In this document: positions 11,149 to 19,625 of the stretch, in pieces
Position numbering within the stretch: the stretch's first letter is position 1
How the letters are laid out: each line of letters begins with the position of its first letter
From: an uncultured Peptococcaceae bacterium
GTDB lineage: Bacteria; Bacillota; Dehalobacteriia; UBA4068; UBA4997
Direction of reading: 5' to 3'
Length of the DNA: 48,272 nt
NCBI GenBank assembly: GCA_947626615.1
Contig: CANQSW010000001.1
Coordinates: 1-48,272 of the forward strand
The notes under the pieces: generated by a model
Told to the model about the DNA's origin: nothing
The model's input: the letters and a program-made list of their open reading frames with translations, nothing else
The model's database searches: none
Position numbers and translations under genes: made by a program

Positions 11149-11976
11149 TTACTTCGTGCGACGACGAACGATCAGCTTGTTGGAATTCTTCTTCTTGTCC
11201 CTCGTCTTCACGCCCAAAGCGGGTTTGCCCCAAGGAGTGACGGGGTTGCGGCCCACCGGGGAGCGGCCTTCGCCGCCGCCGTGCGGGTGATCGCAGGGGT
11301 TCATCACGACGCCGCGGTTGGCGGGGCGAACGCCCAGCCAGCGGTTGCGGCCGGCCTTACCCAGGTTGATGTTCACCTGGTCGGCGTTGCCGATGACGCC
11401 GATGGTGGCTTTGCAGCCGATCGGCACCTGACGCATCTCGCCGGAAGGCAGACGCAGCGTGGCGTATTTTTCCAACTTAGCCATCAGCTGTACGGAAGAA
11501 CCGGCGGAACGCGCGATCCTGGCGCCGCAGCCGGGCAGCATTTCCACGTTGTGCACCACAGTGCCGACCGGGATATTGGCCAGCGGCAGCGCGTTGCCGG
11601 TCTTGATATCGACGTCCGTGCCGGAGAACAGCACGTCGCCCACCTTCAAGCCCTGCGGCGCGATGATGTAGCGCTTCTCGCCGTCGGCGTAGTGCAGCAG
11701 AGCGATATTGGCGGTGCGGTTCGGGTCGTATTCGATCGTGGCGACCTTGGCCGGGATACCGTCCTTATCACGCTTAAAATCAATAATGCGGTACATTCTC
11801 TTATGCCCGCCGCCCTTATGCCGGGTGGTCAGACGCCCCTGGTTGTTGCGGCCGCCGGTTTTGGTCAGCGGGGCCAGCAGAGAGCGCTCCGGCGTGGCGC
11901 AGGTGATCTCCTCAAAGGCAGATACCGTCATGCCGCGGCGACCGGGCGAAGTGGGCTTATAAACCTTAATAGCCAT
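11149..11976 (-). CDS. rplB: 50S ribosomal protein L2 (uL2)
   Basis: [15 protein letters not shown]... The ORF track starts 6 nt upstream at a TTG. The ATG at 11976 follows RBS GGGAGGT by 7 nt. Confidence 0.96.
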   Translation of the reverse strand: MAIKVYKPTSPGRRGMTVSAFEEITCATPERSLLAPLTKTGGRNNQGRLTTRHKGGGHKRMYRIIDFKRDKDGIPAKVATIEYDPNRTANIALLHYADGEKRYIIAPQGLKVGDVLFSGTDVDIKTGNALPLANIPVGTVVHNVEMLPGCGARIARSAGSSVQLMAKLEKYATLRLPSGEMRQVPIGCKATIGVIGNADQVNINLGKAGRNRWLGVRPANRGVVMNPCDHPHGGGEGRSPVGRNPVTPWGKPALGVKTRDKKKNSNKLIVRRRTK

Positions 11977-11994
11977 TTGCAATACCTCCCTTTA

Positions 11995-12282
11995 TCAAAG
12001 ACCGGAGAACATTTCGATGGAGTCGCCCTCACGGAGGGTCACCACTGCTTTTTTCACATCGGGTCTTTTGCCGGTGTAACGGCCCATCGTCTTGGTCTTT
12101 CCCTTGACTATCCGGGTAGTTACATCTACGACCTTCACCTTAAAGGCTTCTTCTACTGCGTGCGCGATCTCGATCTTGTTCGCGTCTTTCGCCACGATGA
12201 AGGTGTATTTATTCTCCTCGATCATTGCGATAGTTTTTTCCGAAATCATAGGTTTAACTAAAACGTCACAATAATTACGCAT
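11995..12282 (-). CDS. rplW: 50S ribosomal protein L23 (uL23)
   Basis: ...DVLVKPMISEKTIAMIEENKYTFIVAKDANKIEI... is canonical L23. The start overlaps the rplD stop (ATGCGTAA). Confidence 0.95.
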   Translation of the reverse strand: MRNYCDVLVKPMISEKTIAMIEENKYTFIVAKDANKIEIAHAVEEAFKVKVVDVTTRIVKGKTKTMGRYTGKRPDVKKAVVTLREGDSIEMFSGL

Positions 12283-12901
12283 TAGTCAGCACCTCCTCCA
12301 GGCGAGCCACAGCATCCTTTGTAAGGATCAGCTTTTTGTGGTTCAGCACATTATAAGTGTTGACGCCAGTCACGTTTATCGCCTCAACACCCACGATATT
12401 GCGAGCGGATTTGATCACGTTCTCATGTTCGCCGGCAAAAACTACCAGCGCATTTGCTGCGTCGAAATGGCCCAAAACGTTCAGCATATCCTTGGTCTTG
12501 GGAGCGGCGAAATCGATCTTATCCAAAACGATCAACTCACCAGCCTGCTGCTTCGCCGTCAATGCCGAAGCCAGCGCGATGCGGCGTTGTTTGCGCGGCA
12601 TCTTGAACCCATAGGATCGGGGGGTCGGCGCAAAGATCACGCCGCCGTGACGCCAAATCGGGCTACGGCTGCTACCGCTTCTGGCATGGCCGGTACCCTT
12701 CTGACGCCAGGGTTTTCTGCCGCCGCCGGAAACTTCGCTTCTGGTTTTAGCTTTCTGCGTGCCTTGTCTGCAGCTAGCCAGATACAACACGACTGCCTGA
12801 TGCATCAGACCTTCGTTGATCTCGCGGTCAAACACAGCAGAGTTCAGTTCCAGAGTTTCTACCGCGTCGCCTTCCATGTTATAAACTTGCACGTTAGTCA
12901 T
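12275..12901 (-). CDS. rplD: 50S ribosomal protein L4 (uL4)
   Basis: ...GTQKAKTRSEVSGGGRKPWRQKGTGHARSGSSRSPIWRHGG... is canonical L4. Confidence 0.97.
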   Translation of the reverse strand: MTNVQVYNMEGDAVETLELNSAVFDREINEGLMHQAVVLYLASCRQGTQKAKTRSEVSGGGRKPWRQKGTGHARSGSSRSPIWRHGGVIFAPTPRSYGFKMPRKQRRIALASALTAKQQAGELIVLDKIDFAAPKTKDMLNVLGHFDAANALVVFAGEHENVIKSARNIVGVEAINVTGVNTYNVLNHKKLILTKDAVARLEEVLTNA

Positions 12902-12922
12902 CTTTTGCCCTCCTCTCTTGCC

Positions 12923-13549
12923 TTACTGGGCAGATTTAACGGCAGACTTGACATAAACCAGGCCTTTCTTCGGACCGGGTATAGCACCCTTTACGAGCAG
13001 CAGGTTCTTGTCAGCGTCTACACGCACGATTTCCAGATTTTGTACAGTCACACGACCACCGCCCAACTGACCGGGAGCACGTTTGCCCTTAAAAGTACGG
13101 GCAGGGCCTTTAGCGCCGGAAGAAGCCGGACGACGATGGTTTTTACTGCCGTGGCTCATAGGCCCGCGGCTGAAATGCCACCGTTTGATCGCACCGGCGA
13201 AACCTTTGCCTTTGGAAGTACCTTCGACATCGATCTTTTCACCGGCGGTGAATATATCAACCTTAAATTCCTGTCCCGGCTGATATTCGGCAGCGTTTTC
13301 CACACGCATTTCCTTGAGATAACGCAGCGGAGTAACACCGCTTTTGGTAAAGTGGCCAACCTGAGGCTTGGTGCCTTTTTTCAGTTCGCCATAGCCGATC
13401 TGTACGGCCTCATAGCCATCAGTAGCAGCAGTCTTGATCTGTGTGACCACGCAAGGACCTGCTTCGATGACCGTAACAGGAATCAGTCTACCATCTTCAG
13501 TAAAAATCTGGCTCATCGCCAATTTTTTACCAATAAGCATTTTTGGCAT
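12923..13549 (-). CDS. rplC: 50S ribosomal protein L3 (uL3)
   Basis: ...[27 protein letters not shown]... is canonical L3. RBS GGAGGTG lies 5 nt upstream. Confidence 0.97.
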   Translation of the reverse strand: MPKMLIGKKLAMSQIFTEDGRLIPVTVIEAGPCVVTQIKTAATDGYEAVQIGYGELKKGTKPQVGHFTKSGVTPLRYLKEMRVENAAEYQPGQEFKVDIFTAGEKIDVEGTSKGKGFAGAIKRWHFSRGPMSHGSKNHRRPASSGAKGPARTFKGKRAPGQLGGGRVTVQNLEIVRVDADKNLLLVKGAIPGPKKGLVYVKSAVKSAQ

Positions 13550-13679
13550 TTTAACACCTCCAAATATTCAAAATCGAGTTACGGCCATGCCAGAGCCGCA
13601 TTGCTCGAAGCCTTGCAAGAAGCGCATTTGTCATTAACACGATTCCGTGTGTTTCATTTTTAGCAAGGCTTATTACCCA

Positions 13680-13988
13680 TCAAAGTTTGATGTCGATCTC
13701 AATGCCGGCGGGAAGATCCAGGTGCATAAAAGAATCGACCGTCTTCTGTGTGGGCTCAAGAATGTCAATCAGGCGCTTGTGCGTGCGCATTTCGAACTGT
13801 TCACGCGAATCCTTATTGACATGGGGAGAGCGCAAAATGGTGTAGATGTTTTTCTCAGTGGGCAACGGGATCGGCCCGGACACCTTTGCGCCAGTCCGTT
13901 TGGCTGTTTCCACGATCTGAGCTGCAGATACATCCAACAGCTTGTGGTCATAAGCCTTCAGACGGATACGGATTTTTTGTTGCGACAT
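13680..13988 (-). CDS. rpsJ: 30S ribosomal protein S10 (uS10)
   Basis: [44 protein letters not shown]... is canonical S10. The true ATG at 13986-13988 is preceded by GGAGGTAAAAC. The track ORF extends spuriously to 14066. Confidence 0.96.
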   Translation of the reverse strand: MSQQKIRIRLKAYDHKLLDVSAAQIVETAKRTGAKVSGPIPLPTEKNIYTILRSPHVNKDSREQFEMRTHKRLIDILEPTQKTVDSFMHLDLPAGIEIDIKL

Positions 13989-14126
13989 TGTTTTACCTCC
14001 TTTTCGCTCGTATTGCTTACGAACTGGCTCGGCGAGAAAACCCCCATGGAGCAGGCATACCTCCACGCGGCAACCTCTCGCGTCATCGCTTGTTACTTGC
14101 TTGGTTCACAAGCTGAACCAAAATAT

Positions 14127-14156
14127 ATGATACCACAATACCAGTAGCTATTGCAA
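14127..14156 (-). promoter_or_regulatory. sigma-A type promoter of the S10 operon
   Basis: On the minus strand: TTGCAA (14151-14156), 18-nt spacer, TGgTATCAT extended -10 (14127-14132). Lies about 135 nt upstream of the rpsJ ATG. Confidence 0.6.
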
Positions 14157-14159
14157 GAC

Positions 14160-14196
14160 TTTTTTATAGATTTTTTACCCTTTTTTACGATTTTTT
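14160..14196 (-). promoter_or_regulatory. phased A-tract (UP-element-like / curved DNA) directly upstream of the -35 box
   Basis: Four T6 runs on the plus strand start at 14160, 14171, 14181 and 14191 (10-11 bp period). On the transcribed strand these read AAAAAA x4, ending 3 nt before the -35 box. Confidence 0.5.
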
Positions 14197-14243
14197 AGCA
14201 GCCTCATTTGCAAGAGTAAATTCCACCTTAAACCTTAACAGTA

Positions 14244-14711
14244 TCAAACAGCATGTCTTTGCCCAATATGGTTCTTTGTCATCCAACTGACCAAAAAACG
14301 TACTGCCGGTCCGGCAGCTAAGATCTGCCATGATAAAGCCATCGGAGCATTCATAAGCACAGTCAGGCCCCAGACCTGTAAAAACTGTGTCTGCAGGCCG
14401 CCTTTGAAAACAAATACCGCAACTAGGCTCATGGCCGGGCACATGAACAGCACCGTACAAAGTTGACGTAACAATATCATGCTATGCGGTGGATACTCCC
14501 TGCCATGTGTCAACTTGTTTTGTAACCAGCCGGCTGCCGGCCCGCCAAAGCAGGTTTGCAAGACTATAACTGTAGGCACCAAATAAATTACTTCCCACGT
14601 AGGCAACAACAGATCAGCTGTTAGAGAGCCTTGACGCAGCGCCCCATTATAGACCTCCATGCCGTAAACCATAAAGATCGCCATCAACACAACAAATACT
14701 TTTTTTTGCAT
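14244..14711 (-). CDS. DUF2798-like small polytopic membrane protein
   Basis: 155 aa with two similar halves (...FMVYGMEVYNGAL... and ...VLMNAPMALSWQILAAGPAVRFLV...), recalled as the DUF2798 pattern. RBS GGAGGTAAAAA. GC is intermediate by eye. Lies outside the 75-bp repeats, between the island and the rpsJ promoter. Confidence 0.55.
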   Translation of the reverse strand: MQKKVFVVLMAIFMVYGMEVYNGALRQGSLTADLLLPTWEVIYLVPTVIVLQTCFGGPAAGWLQNKLTHGREYPPHSMILLRQLCTVLFMCPAMSLVAVFVFKGGLQTQFLQVWGLTVLMNAPMALSWQILAAGPAVRFLVSWMTKNHIGQRHAV

Positions 14712-14837
14712 TTTTTACCTCCGTTTTGCCGCAAAAAAAGCGCAGCCCGGTTTTGAACCCGGACTTACGCTCTAGCTGCACAGTTCGTTATTAATTTGCA
14801 TTACATATTATAGGTAGAAAAATTGTAAAAGTCAAGA

Positions 14838-14912
14838 AAAAAAGAGAGAAGTATCAGCCTGATCCCTCGGCGACACAGGCATTCTCTTCTCTCTTAAATA
14901 CTTAAAGGTTAC
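14838..14912. repeat. 75-bp direct repeat, copy 1 (left boundary of the island)
   Basis: aaaaaagagagaagtatcagcctgatccctcggcgacacaggcattctcttctctcttaaatacttaaaggttac is identical base for base to 30085-30159. The flanks outside the 75 nt are unrelated. Confidence 0.95.
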
Positions 14913-15061
14913 CTTATGTTGTTTATGGCAATTAATTCTAAGAGTATTATCATAGGTTCATCAAGTGCTGTTTTGCCGTGCTTTTGCTTTGTCCGTCAAC
15001 GGAATAATTGCACCTGCAGAATCTAGCATAACACCTAGCCGTTGATTTAAACGACTCTAAA

Positions 15062-15104
15062 AGCATAAGCCCTCAGAAAAGGGTTTATTCCTTTTTCGAG
15101 GGCT
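15062..15104 (-). terminator. hairpin terminator after the SLH/CAP gene
   Basis: 15-bp stem with one mismatch (15068-15082 pairing with 15090-15104) and a 7-nt loop. On the minus strand it is followed by TATGCTTTTAG. Confidence 0.5.
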
Positions 15105-15189
15105 ATACTGATATTAGCAGATATCGAACTATTTTGCAAAAAAACAACGTTCAGCATGCTTCGATAGCAGCTTTTCTGTATCTTTAGAT

Positions 15190-16308
15190 CTACTCTGCAG
15201 TCGCGTCCGGGTCAGTCGTGAATATCATGACCCACCAGACATATCCATCTGCATCCACGGAAACATCTATACCTGCTCTTGTATGAGTGGGATCCATGAC
15301 ATTGTCACGATGCGGCGGCGAAGCCATACAATCACTTACTAACAGATCCATATCAGCATAATGGATGCCGTAAGCAACGTTTTCGCCGCCCAGGACGTTA
15401 TCGTAGCCGACCTCCGGCAGGATCGTGCTCCAATCCCTGCCGTCTGGCCGCATATGCGGTGTTGGAGACCATTTCCATGCCACATCCTCGTCGATACGGA
15501 TTGCGGCGGCACGACATAATTCACCGTCCAGGATCGCTGGTTCCAGACCCTCCTTCGCTCGTTCAGCATTGAACTTCTCCAGCAATTGTTCGGGCAAAGT
15601 GCTTTGGTCAAAATAATACCAGCCTGCTTTCACCGGCGTTTCGCTGCGGCCATGCTCGTCAACAAAATTTGCTATCCTAACATATACGGAAGCAGCCTCG
15701 GCACGTGTCATATAGCCATAAGGATTGAACGTCATATCAGTGTTACCGGAGAAAATACCTAACTTGCAAGCCAACGTAACACGAGCTGGCCAGCCGCGAG
15801 TAAACTCCATATCATCATAAAGAGGTATAACGTTTTGATATTCCTCTGCAGGCGGTAAAGAACCTAACGAATCCAGAATGCTGTAAGAGATAGCTGCCGC
15901 CTTACAACGGAATATCGGGTCGGAGCTTTGCATGTTCCAAATATAGTTCAGACCATATTTTATGCAGACGTAATCGGTCGCGGTATACCATTCGTCACCC
16001 AAATTCAGGTCAGAATCGGCTTCAGCAGCCGCCACCTCGTTTGGGTAGAAGGCTCGCATCATTATCGCGATATATTCCCGTTTGGTGAGCTGGGCACCGG
16101 GGTCGAAAAGACGCTGCCCATTTACATCGGTGCCAACTCCCTCAATGGCACCATCGGCATAAGCGCGCTCTATATCACTATATGCCCAGTGTGTTTTAGG
16201 TACGTCCTTAAAAGTAGTCGGCGCTGCAAAAGCAGAAGTTGCCATAGTAATCACGAGCACCACTGTCAACAGCGTACAGATGAGGATCTTTGTGTTTTTA
16301 CTATGCAT
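15190..16308 (-). CDS. secreted SLH-domain protein with C-terminal CAP/SCP (PR-1-like) domain
   Basis: Signal peptide MHSKNTKILICTLLTVVLVITMATSAFA. SLH motif FKDVPKTHWAYSDIERAYADGAIEG. C-terminal ...ELCRAAAIRIDED...GENVAYG...HRDNVMDPTHTRAGIDV resembles CAP/YkwD-like domains. RBS AGGAGG. Confidence 0.7.
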   Translation of the reverse strand: MHSKNTKILICTLLTVVLVITMATSAFAAPTTFKDVPKTHWAYSDIERAYADGAIEGVGTDVNGQRLFDPGAQLTKREYIAIMMRAFYPNEVAAAEADSDLNLGDEWYTATDYVCIKYGLNYIWNMQSSDPIFRCKAAAISYSILDSLGSLPPAEEYQNVIPLYDDMEFTRGWPARVTLACKLGIFSGNTDMTFNPYGYMTRAEAASVYVRIANFVDEHGRSETPVKAGWYYFDQSTLPEQLLEKFNAERAKEGLEPAILDGELCRAAAIRIDEDVAWKWSPTPHMRPDGRDWSTILPEVGYDNVLGGENVAYGIHYADMDLLVSDCMASPPHRDNVMDPTHTRAGIDVSVDADGYVWWVMIFTTDPDATAE

Positions 16309-16390
16309 GATTTGAGTGCCTCCTTTTTAGGAATTTTTTCTTGAAATGTCTTTGATCAAAACAGTATCTGTCAATAGTAAGACGACCATC

Positions 16391-16419
16391 CACCGTTCTT
16401 GTGTATCACAAGAACGGTG
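16391..16419. other. perfect 13-bp stem / 3-nt loop hairpin between the two SLH genes
   Basis: CACCGTTCTTGTG-TAT-CACAAGAACGGTG. There is no U-tract on either strand, so it may be a processing or stability element rather than a classical terminator. Confidence 0.5.
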
Positions 16420-16508
16420 AGATTATCCATTCTTTAGATCAAGTTATCGTTTGTTGTATCCCATCCTACTATATGCGGTATTATAGCAGCAGCTGTTTTG
16501 CAGGAGGT

Positions 16509-19490
16509 TTATTGGTTGTTTTGTACGAAGCGCATCATGATCGTTGCGATCTCGGCACGGGTCGCTTTACCGCCGGGATTCAGCGTACCGTCAGAGTTAC
16601 CGGCGATCAATCCTTTGGTATTAGCCCAAAGGATAGCGTCTTCAGCCCAGCCGCTTACCTTATTGTAATCTTTGAAACTGCTGCAAACGTTTCTGGCCTG
16701 AGCCTGATCGAATTCGGTATCGTAGCCGGCCTGCTCAGCATAGCGATAAAGTATCGCCGCCAATTCCTGACGGGTAATATCGCTGTTAGGAGCAAACTTG
16801 TTCTCACCGACACCGTTCACGACATTGCCGTTTGCCGCCCAATCGACTGCCTGAGCATACCATTGGTTCCTGGATACATCGCTGAAACCGACCGCCGTGG
16901 TGCTGGGCTGTCCGGCCATGCGATACATCACGGTAACGATCATAGCACGGCTGGCGTTATCGTTGGGACCAAAGATACCATTGGAAACTGCGCCCATCAG
17001 GTTCTCTTCAGAAGCCCACTTTACTGCACCGGCATACCATGATGTGACTTTTACATCGCGGAAGTCGCCTACATAGGAAACGCTGTTGTTAACAGCAGTA
17101 TTGTTGGCGGCAGCCTTTTCGGCAGCAGCTTTTTCCGCAGCAGCCTTTTCGGCAGCAGCAGCTTTTCTTTCTGCAGCCAAATCGCGCTCCACCTTGAAAT
17201 TTCCGTTACCATCAACGGAACAGAACACGGGAAGATCACCACCACCGTAATACCATACCGCTTTGCCGTCGATCTCAATAGGCTGACAGTCAGAGAGGAA
17301 AGCATCAGCGGTATAGATCTTGCCGCATCGACCGTCTCCGTCAACAATGGTATATTTGAGGGTTCCGGTGGTATTACCTTTAGCGTGCTCATTCCACAGG
17401 AGAACGAACTTGTTATTAGCGATCTTCACCAGCTGCGGGTTGCCTGCTGCGGCGATCTGACCGTTGGTATAAGAAGATACCTGATATTTCTTCACACCGC
17501 TCTTGGTCAAGTTATCTTTGTCCACCGCATAGATCACGATGTTATAGGCATTACTGCTGTCAAAGTTGCCGCTCTGTTCATCGATTGCACCGGCGATAAG
17601 ATAATTGGAACTGCTTTCCTCAAAACCGCCCAGTTTGAAGCCGGTAGTACTTTCGCCGATACCGCCGACAAACTCCTGTACGTTCAAGATCTCACTGTTT
17701 TCGCCGAGGAACTTCTCCTTGCCGGCGGCACCGTTAAAGCGTACTATGACAGCAGCCCGCGGATAACCGTCGCCGTGGTCCAATGTTACGATATTAGCGT
17801 TACTGTCAGCCAATATAAACTGGTTGAAGGAATGGGATACGTAGCCGTATCTGAACTGAACCACCTCATAGAACTTGTCAGTCAACTTCATATCGCTTTG
17901 ACGCAACACCAATGTCATGTTGGCCTGGTGGCAAAGACCGTCTGAGCTTCTGTACATTTTATGGCAGGTATGGATCAAAAGTTGGTCGCCGGCCTCGGTC
18001 ATACGCAGACTGCCAAAATCAAAGGGAACAGAGGTATTGGCGCCCATAAGACTGAACTGATCCAGTCTCCGCCAGTTTTTGTCATATTTTACGACACGAA
18101 TAACTTCCACACTGTCAGAGAAGGAAGGATTGCTCTGTCCAAATACCATAAAGTTATACATCTGACCGCTATAGAAGCCACCAAAGATAGGTAATTCCTG
18201 GTCGATCTTCTGAGATGTCAACAGATTAAATTTAGGATCGTAGTTTTCTATTAATACCTTTTTGCCATTACCTTCGTTAATAGCTTCAACACGAGTAAGA
18301 TTATCGTCTGCTCTTTGATACAGATAAGACCACACCGTCTTGCTGGGGAAGCGATAATACTCATTCTCTATAGTGCTGTAAGAATTGTTGGCGACAGCAT
18401 TAGGATCAGCCACTATAGGATCTTCTTCCGGGGCATCCAGCCGCGGTATCGTCTTAGTATAGGTATCGCCGCAGGTTTTACAAGTATAGGTCAGTTCGCC
18501 GTCATGGGTCGTAGTGGCGATCCTAGTCACCTTTTCCTCATATTTATGGCCCAGAGCGTTATAGGTCGAAATGACCTCACGTTCACCGCACTTTGTGCAC
18601 ACGCGGCTATAACTGCCCTCTTCCGTACAAGTGGGCTGGGTCGTCTCATATTTCCAGCTGTGATAGGTGCATTTAGGCGTCTCGGTCTTTTCGGTATAGG
18701 TATCACCGCAGACCGTGCAGGTATAGGTAGTGATACCATCTGCTACAGTCTTTCTATACTTGTGGCCGGTAGCTTTATAAGTCGTAATGACTTCACGTTC
18801 ACCACACTTTAAGCACACACGGCTATAACTGCCTTCTTCAGTGCAAGTGGCCCGGGTCGTTTCATATTTCCAGCTATGGGTACATTTAGGTGTCACGCCC
18901 TGTTCGATTTCGGCTTCGGTTTTAAGGCAGTTAGCACAGACACGGGTAATGACACCATTTACCTCAGCCTCTACAAATCTGTGGCCAAAGGGTGTGTAAG
19001 TCTCGACGACTTCATACTCACCGCAGACCAAACACGTACGTGTATAATTGCCGCCTTCCGTGCAGGTGGGATAATTCTTCTTATATTTCCAGGAGTGTTC
19101 TATGACGGGAAGCGTCTCAATTTTCTCCACAGTGCCGCAGACGCTGCACTTGCGCTGAACATAGCCCTCCTTAGTACAAGTCGCTTCTACTCTTTCTTCC
19201 TCCCAGACATGCTCACAGACAGTAGGCTGCTCCTGTTCCAATGGAGGTGTAGTTTCTGGTGCAGTCTCTGTCGTGTTTCCGCCCTGCGTTCCGGTATCGC
19301 CGCCTCCCTGAGGATCTCCCTGTTCAGAGGGCGTTCCCTCCTCGGGGCCGTTTTGCGGAGCTGTATTAACAGACGGCTCTGTTGTTGTGCTGCCGTTAGT
19401 CCCATCGGATTCTTCAGCCAGCGCTATCGAAGAAAACAGTATAAACATCATACCGACCAGCAAAATAACAGCAAATGTTCTCTTTCTCAT
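16509..19490 (-). CDS. large S-layer-anchored surface protein: signal peptide, Cys-rich repeat modules, beta-rich central domain, AEKAA linker, three SLH domains
   Basis: 993 aa. MRKRTFAVILLVGMMFILFSSIALA signal peptide. Repeated HSWKYETT.ATCTEEGSYSRVC.KCGEREVI..Y...GHKY modules (residues about 92-347). C-terminal FRDVKVTSWYAGAVKWA, FSDVSRNQWYAQAVDWA and FKDYNKVSGWAEDAILWA SLH motifs. Confidence 0.8.
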   Translation of the reverse strand: MRKRTFAVILLVGMMFILFSSIALAEESDGTNGSTTTEPSVNTAPQNGPEEGTPSEQGDPQGGGDTGTQGGNTTETAPETTPPLEQEQPTVCEHVWEEERVEATCTKEGYVQRKCSVCGTVEKIETLPVIEHSWKYKKNYPTCTEGGNYTRTCLVCGEYEVVETYTPFGHRFVEAEVNGVITRVCANCLKTEAEIEQGVTPKCTHSWKYETTRATCTEEGSYSRVCLKCGEREVITTYKATGHKYRKTVADGITTYTCTVCGDTYTEKTETPKCTYHSWKYETTQPTCTEEGSYSRVCTKCGEREVISTYNALGHKYEEKVTRIATTTHDGELTYTCKTCGDTYTKTIPRLDAPEEDPIVADPNAVANNSYSTIENEYYRFPSKTVWSYLYQRADDNLTRVEAINEGNGKKVLIENYDPKFNLLTSQKIDQELPIFGGFYSGQMYNFMVFGQSNPSFSDSVEVIRVVKYDKNWRRLDQFSLMGANTSVPFDFGSLRMTEAGDQLLIHTCHKMYRSSDGLCHQANMTLVLRQSDMKLTDKFYEVVQFRYGYVSHSFNQFILADSNANIVTLDHGDGYPRAAVIVRFNGAAGKEKFLGENSEILNVQEFVGGIGESTTGFKLGGFEESSSNYLIAGAIDEQSGNFDSSNAYNIVIYAVDKDNLTKSGVKKYQVSSYTNGQIAAAGNPQLVKIANNKFVLLWNEHAKGNTTGTLKYTIVDGDGRCGKIYTADAFLSDCQPIEIDGKAVWYYGGGDLPVFCSVDGNGNFKVERDLAAERKAAAAEKAAAEKAAAEKAAANNTAVNNSVSYVGDFRDVKVTSWYAGAVKWASEENLMGAVSNGIFGPNDNASRAMIVTVMYRMAGQPSTTAVGFSDVSRNQWYAQAVDWAANGNVVNGVGENKFAPNSDITRQELAAILYRYAEQAGYDTEFDQAQARNVCSSFKDYNKVSGWAEDAILWANTKGLIAGNSDGTLNPGGKATRAEIATIMMRFVQNNQ
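17108..17178 (-). repeat. in-frame 15-nt tandem repeat encoding the (AEKAA)n linker
   Basis: gcagccttttcggca / gcagctttttccgca units. Translation is AAERKAAAAEKAAAEKAAAEKAAA, just upstream of the SLH triplet. Confidence 0.8.
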
Positions 19491-19625
19491 AATGTTTTTC
19501 CCTGCCTCCCCTGTAATAATATTTTTATTTTGTTTTGTTTTTCAAACAAAAACAAAACGCAAACGATAATTTAATACCAATATTTGTTATCGTCTAACTT
19601 ATCAGGTTGACAAACTTAAAAAGCT

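Noticed and set aside
14185-14460. 91-aa alternative-frame ORF inside and downstream of the DUF2798-like gene.
   Set aside because: It is in a different frame of the same strand as the better-supported 155-aa membrane protein, and it runs across the S10 promoter A-tracts. It has no RBS.
14838-14912. Whether the 75-bp repeat is the 3-prime part of a tRNA or tmRNA gene, the usual att target of integrases.
   Set aside because: There is no T-arm consensus (GGTTCGAATCC-like), no acceptor stem or CCA context, and no tRNA cloverleaf can be drawn. The fold is a terminator-like nested hairpin downstream of tuf.
17108-17178. A short-period DNA repeat that could be mistaken for a CRISPR or VNTR locus.
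   Set aside because: It has a 15-nt period with no spacers, is in frame, and lies inside the 993-aa gene. It simply encodes an (AEKAA)n linker. No CRISPR array was seen anywhere in the window.
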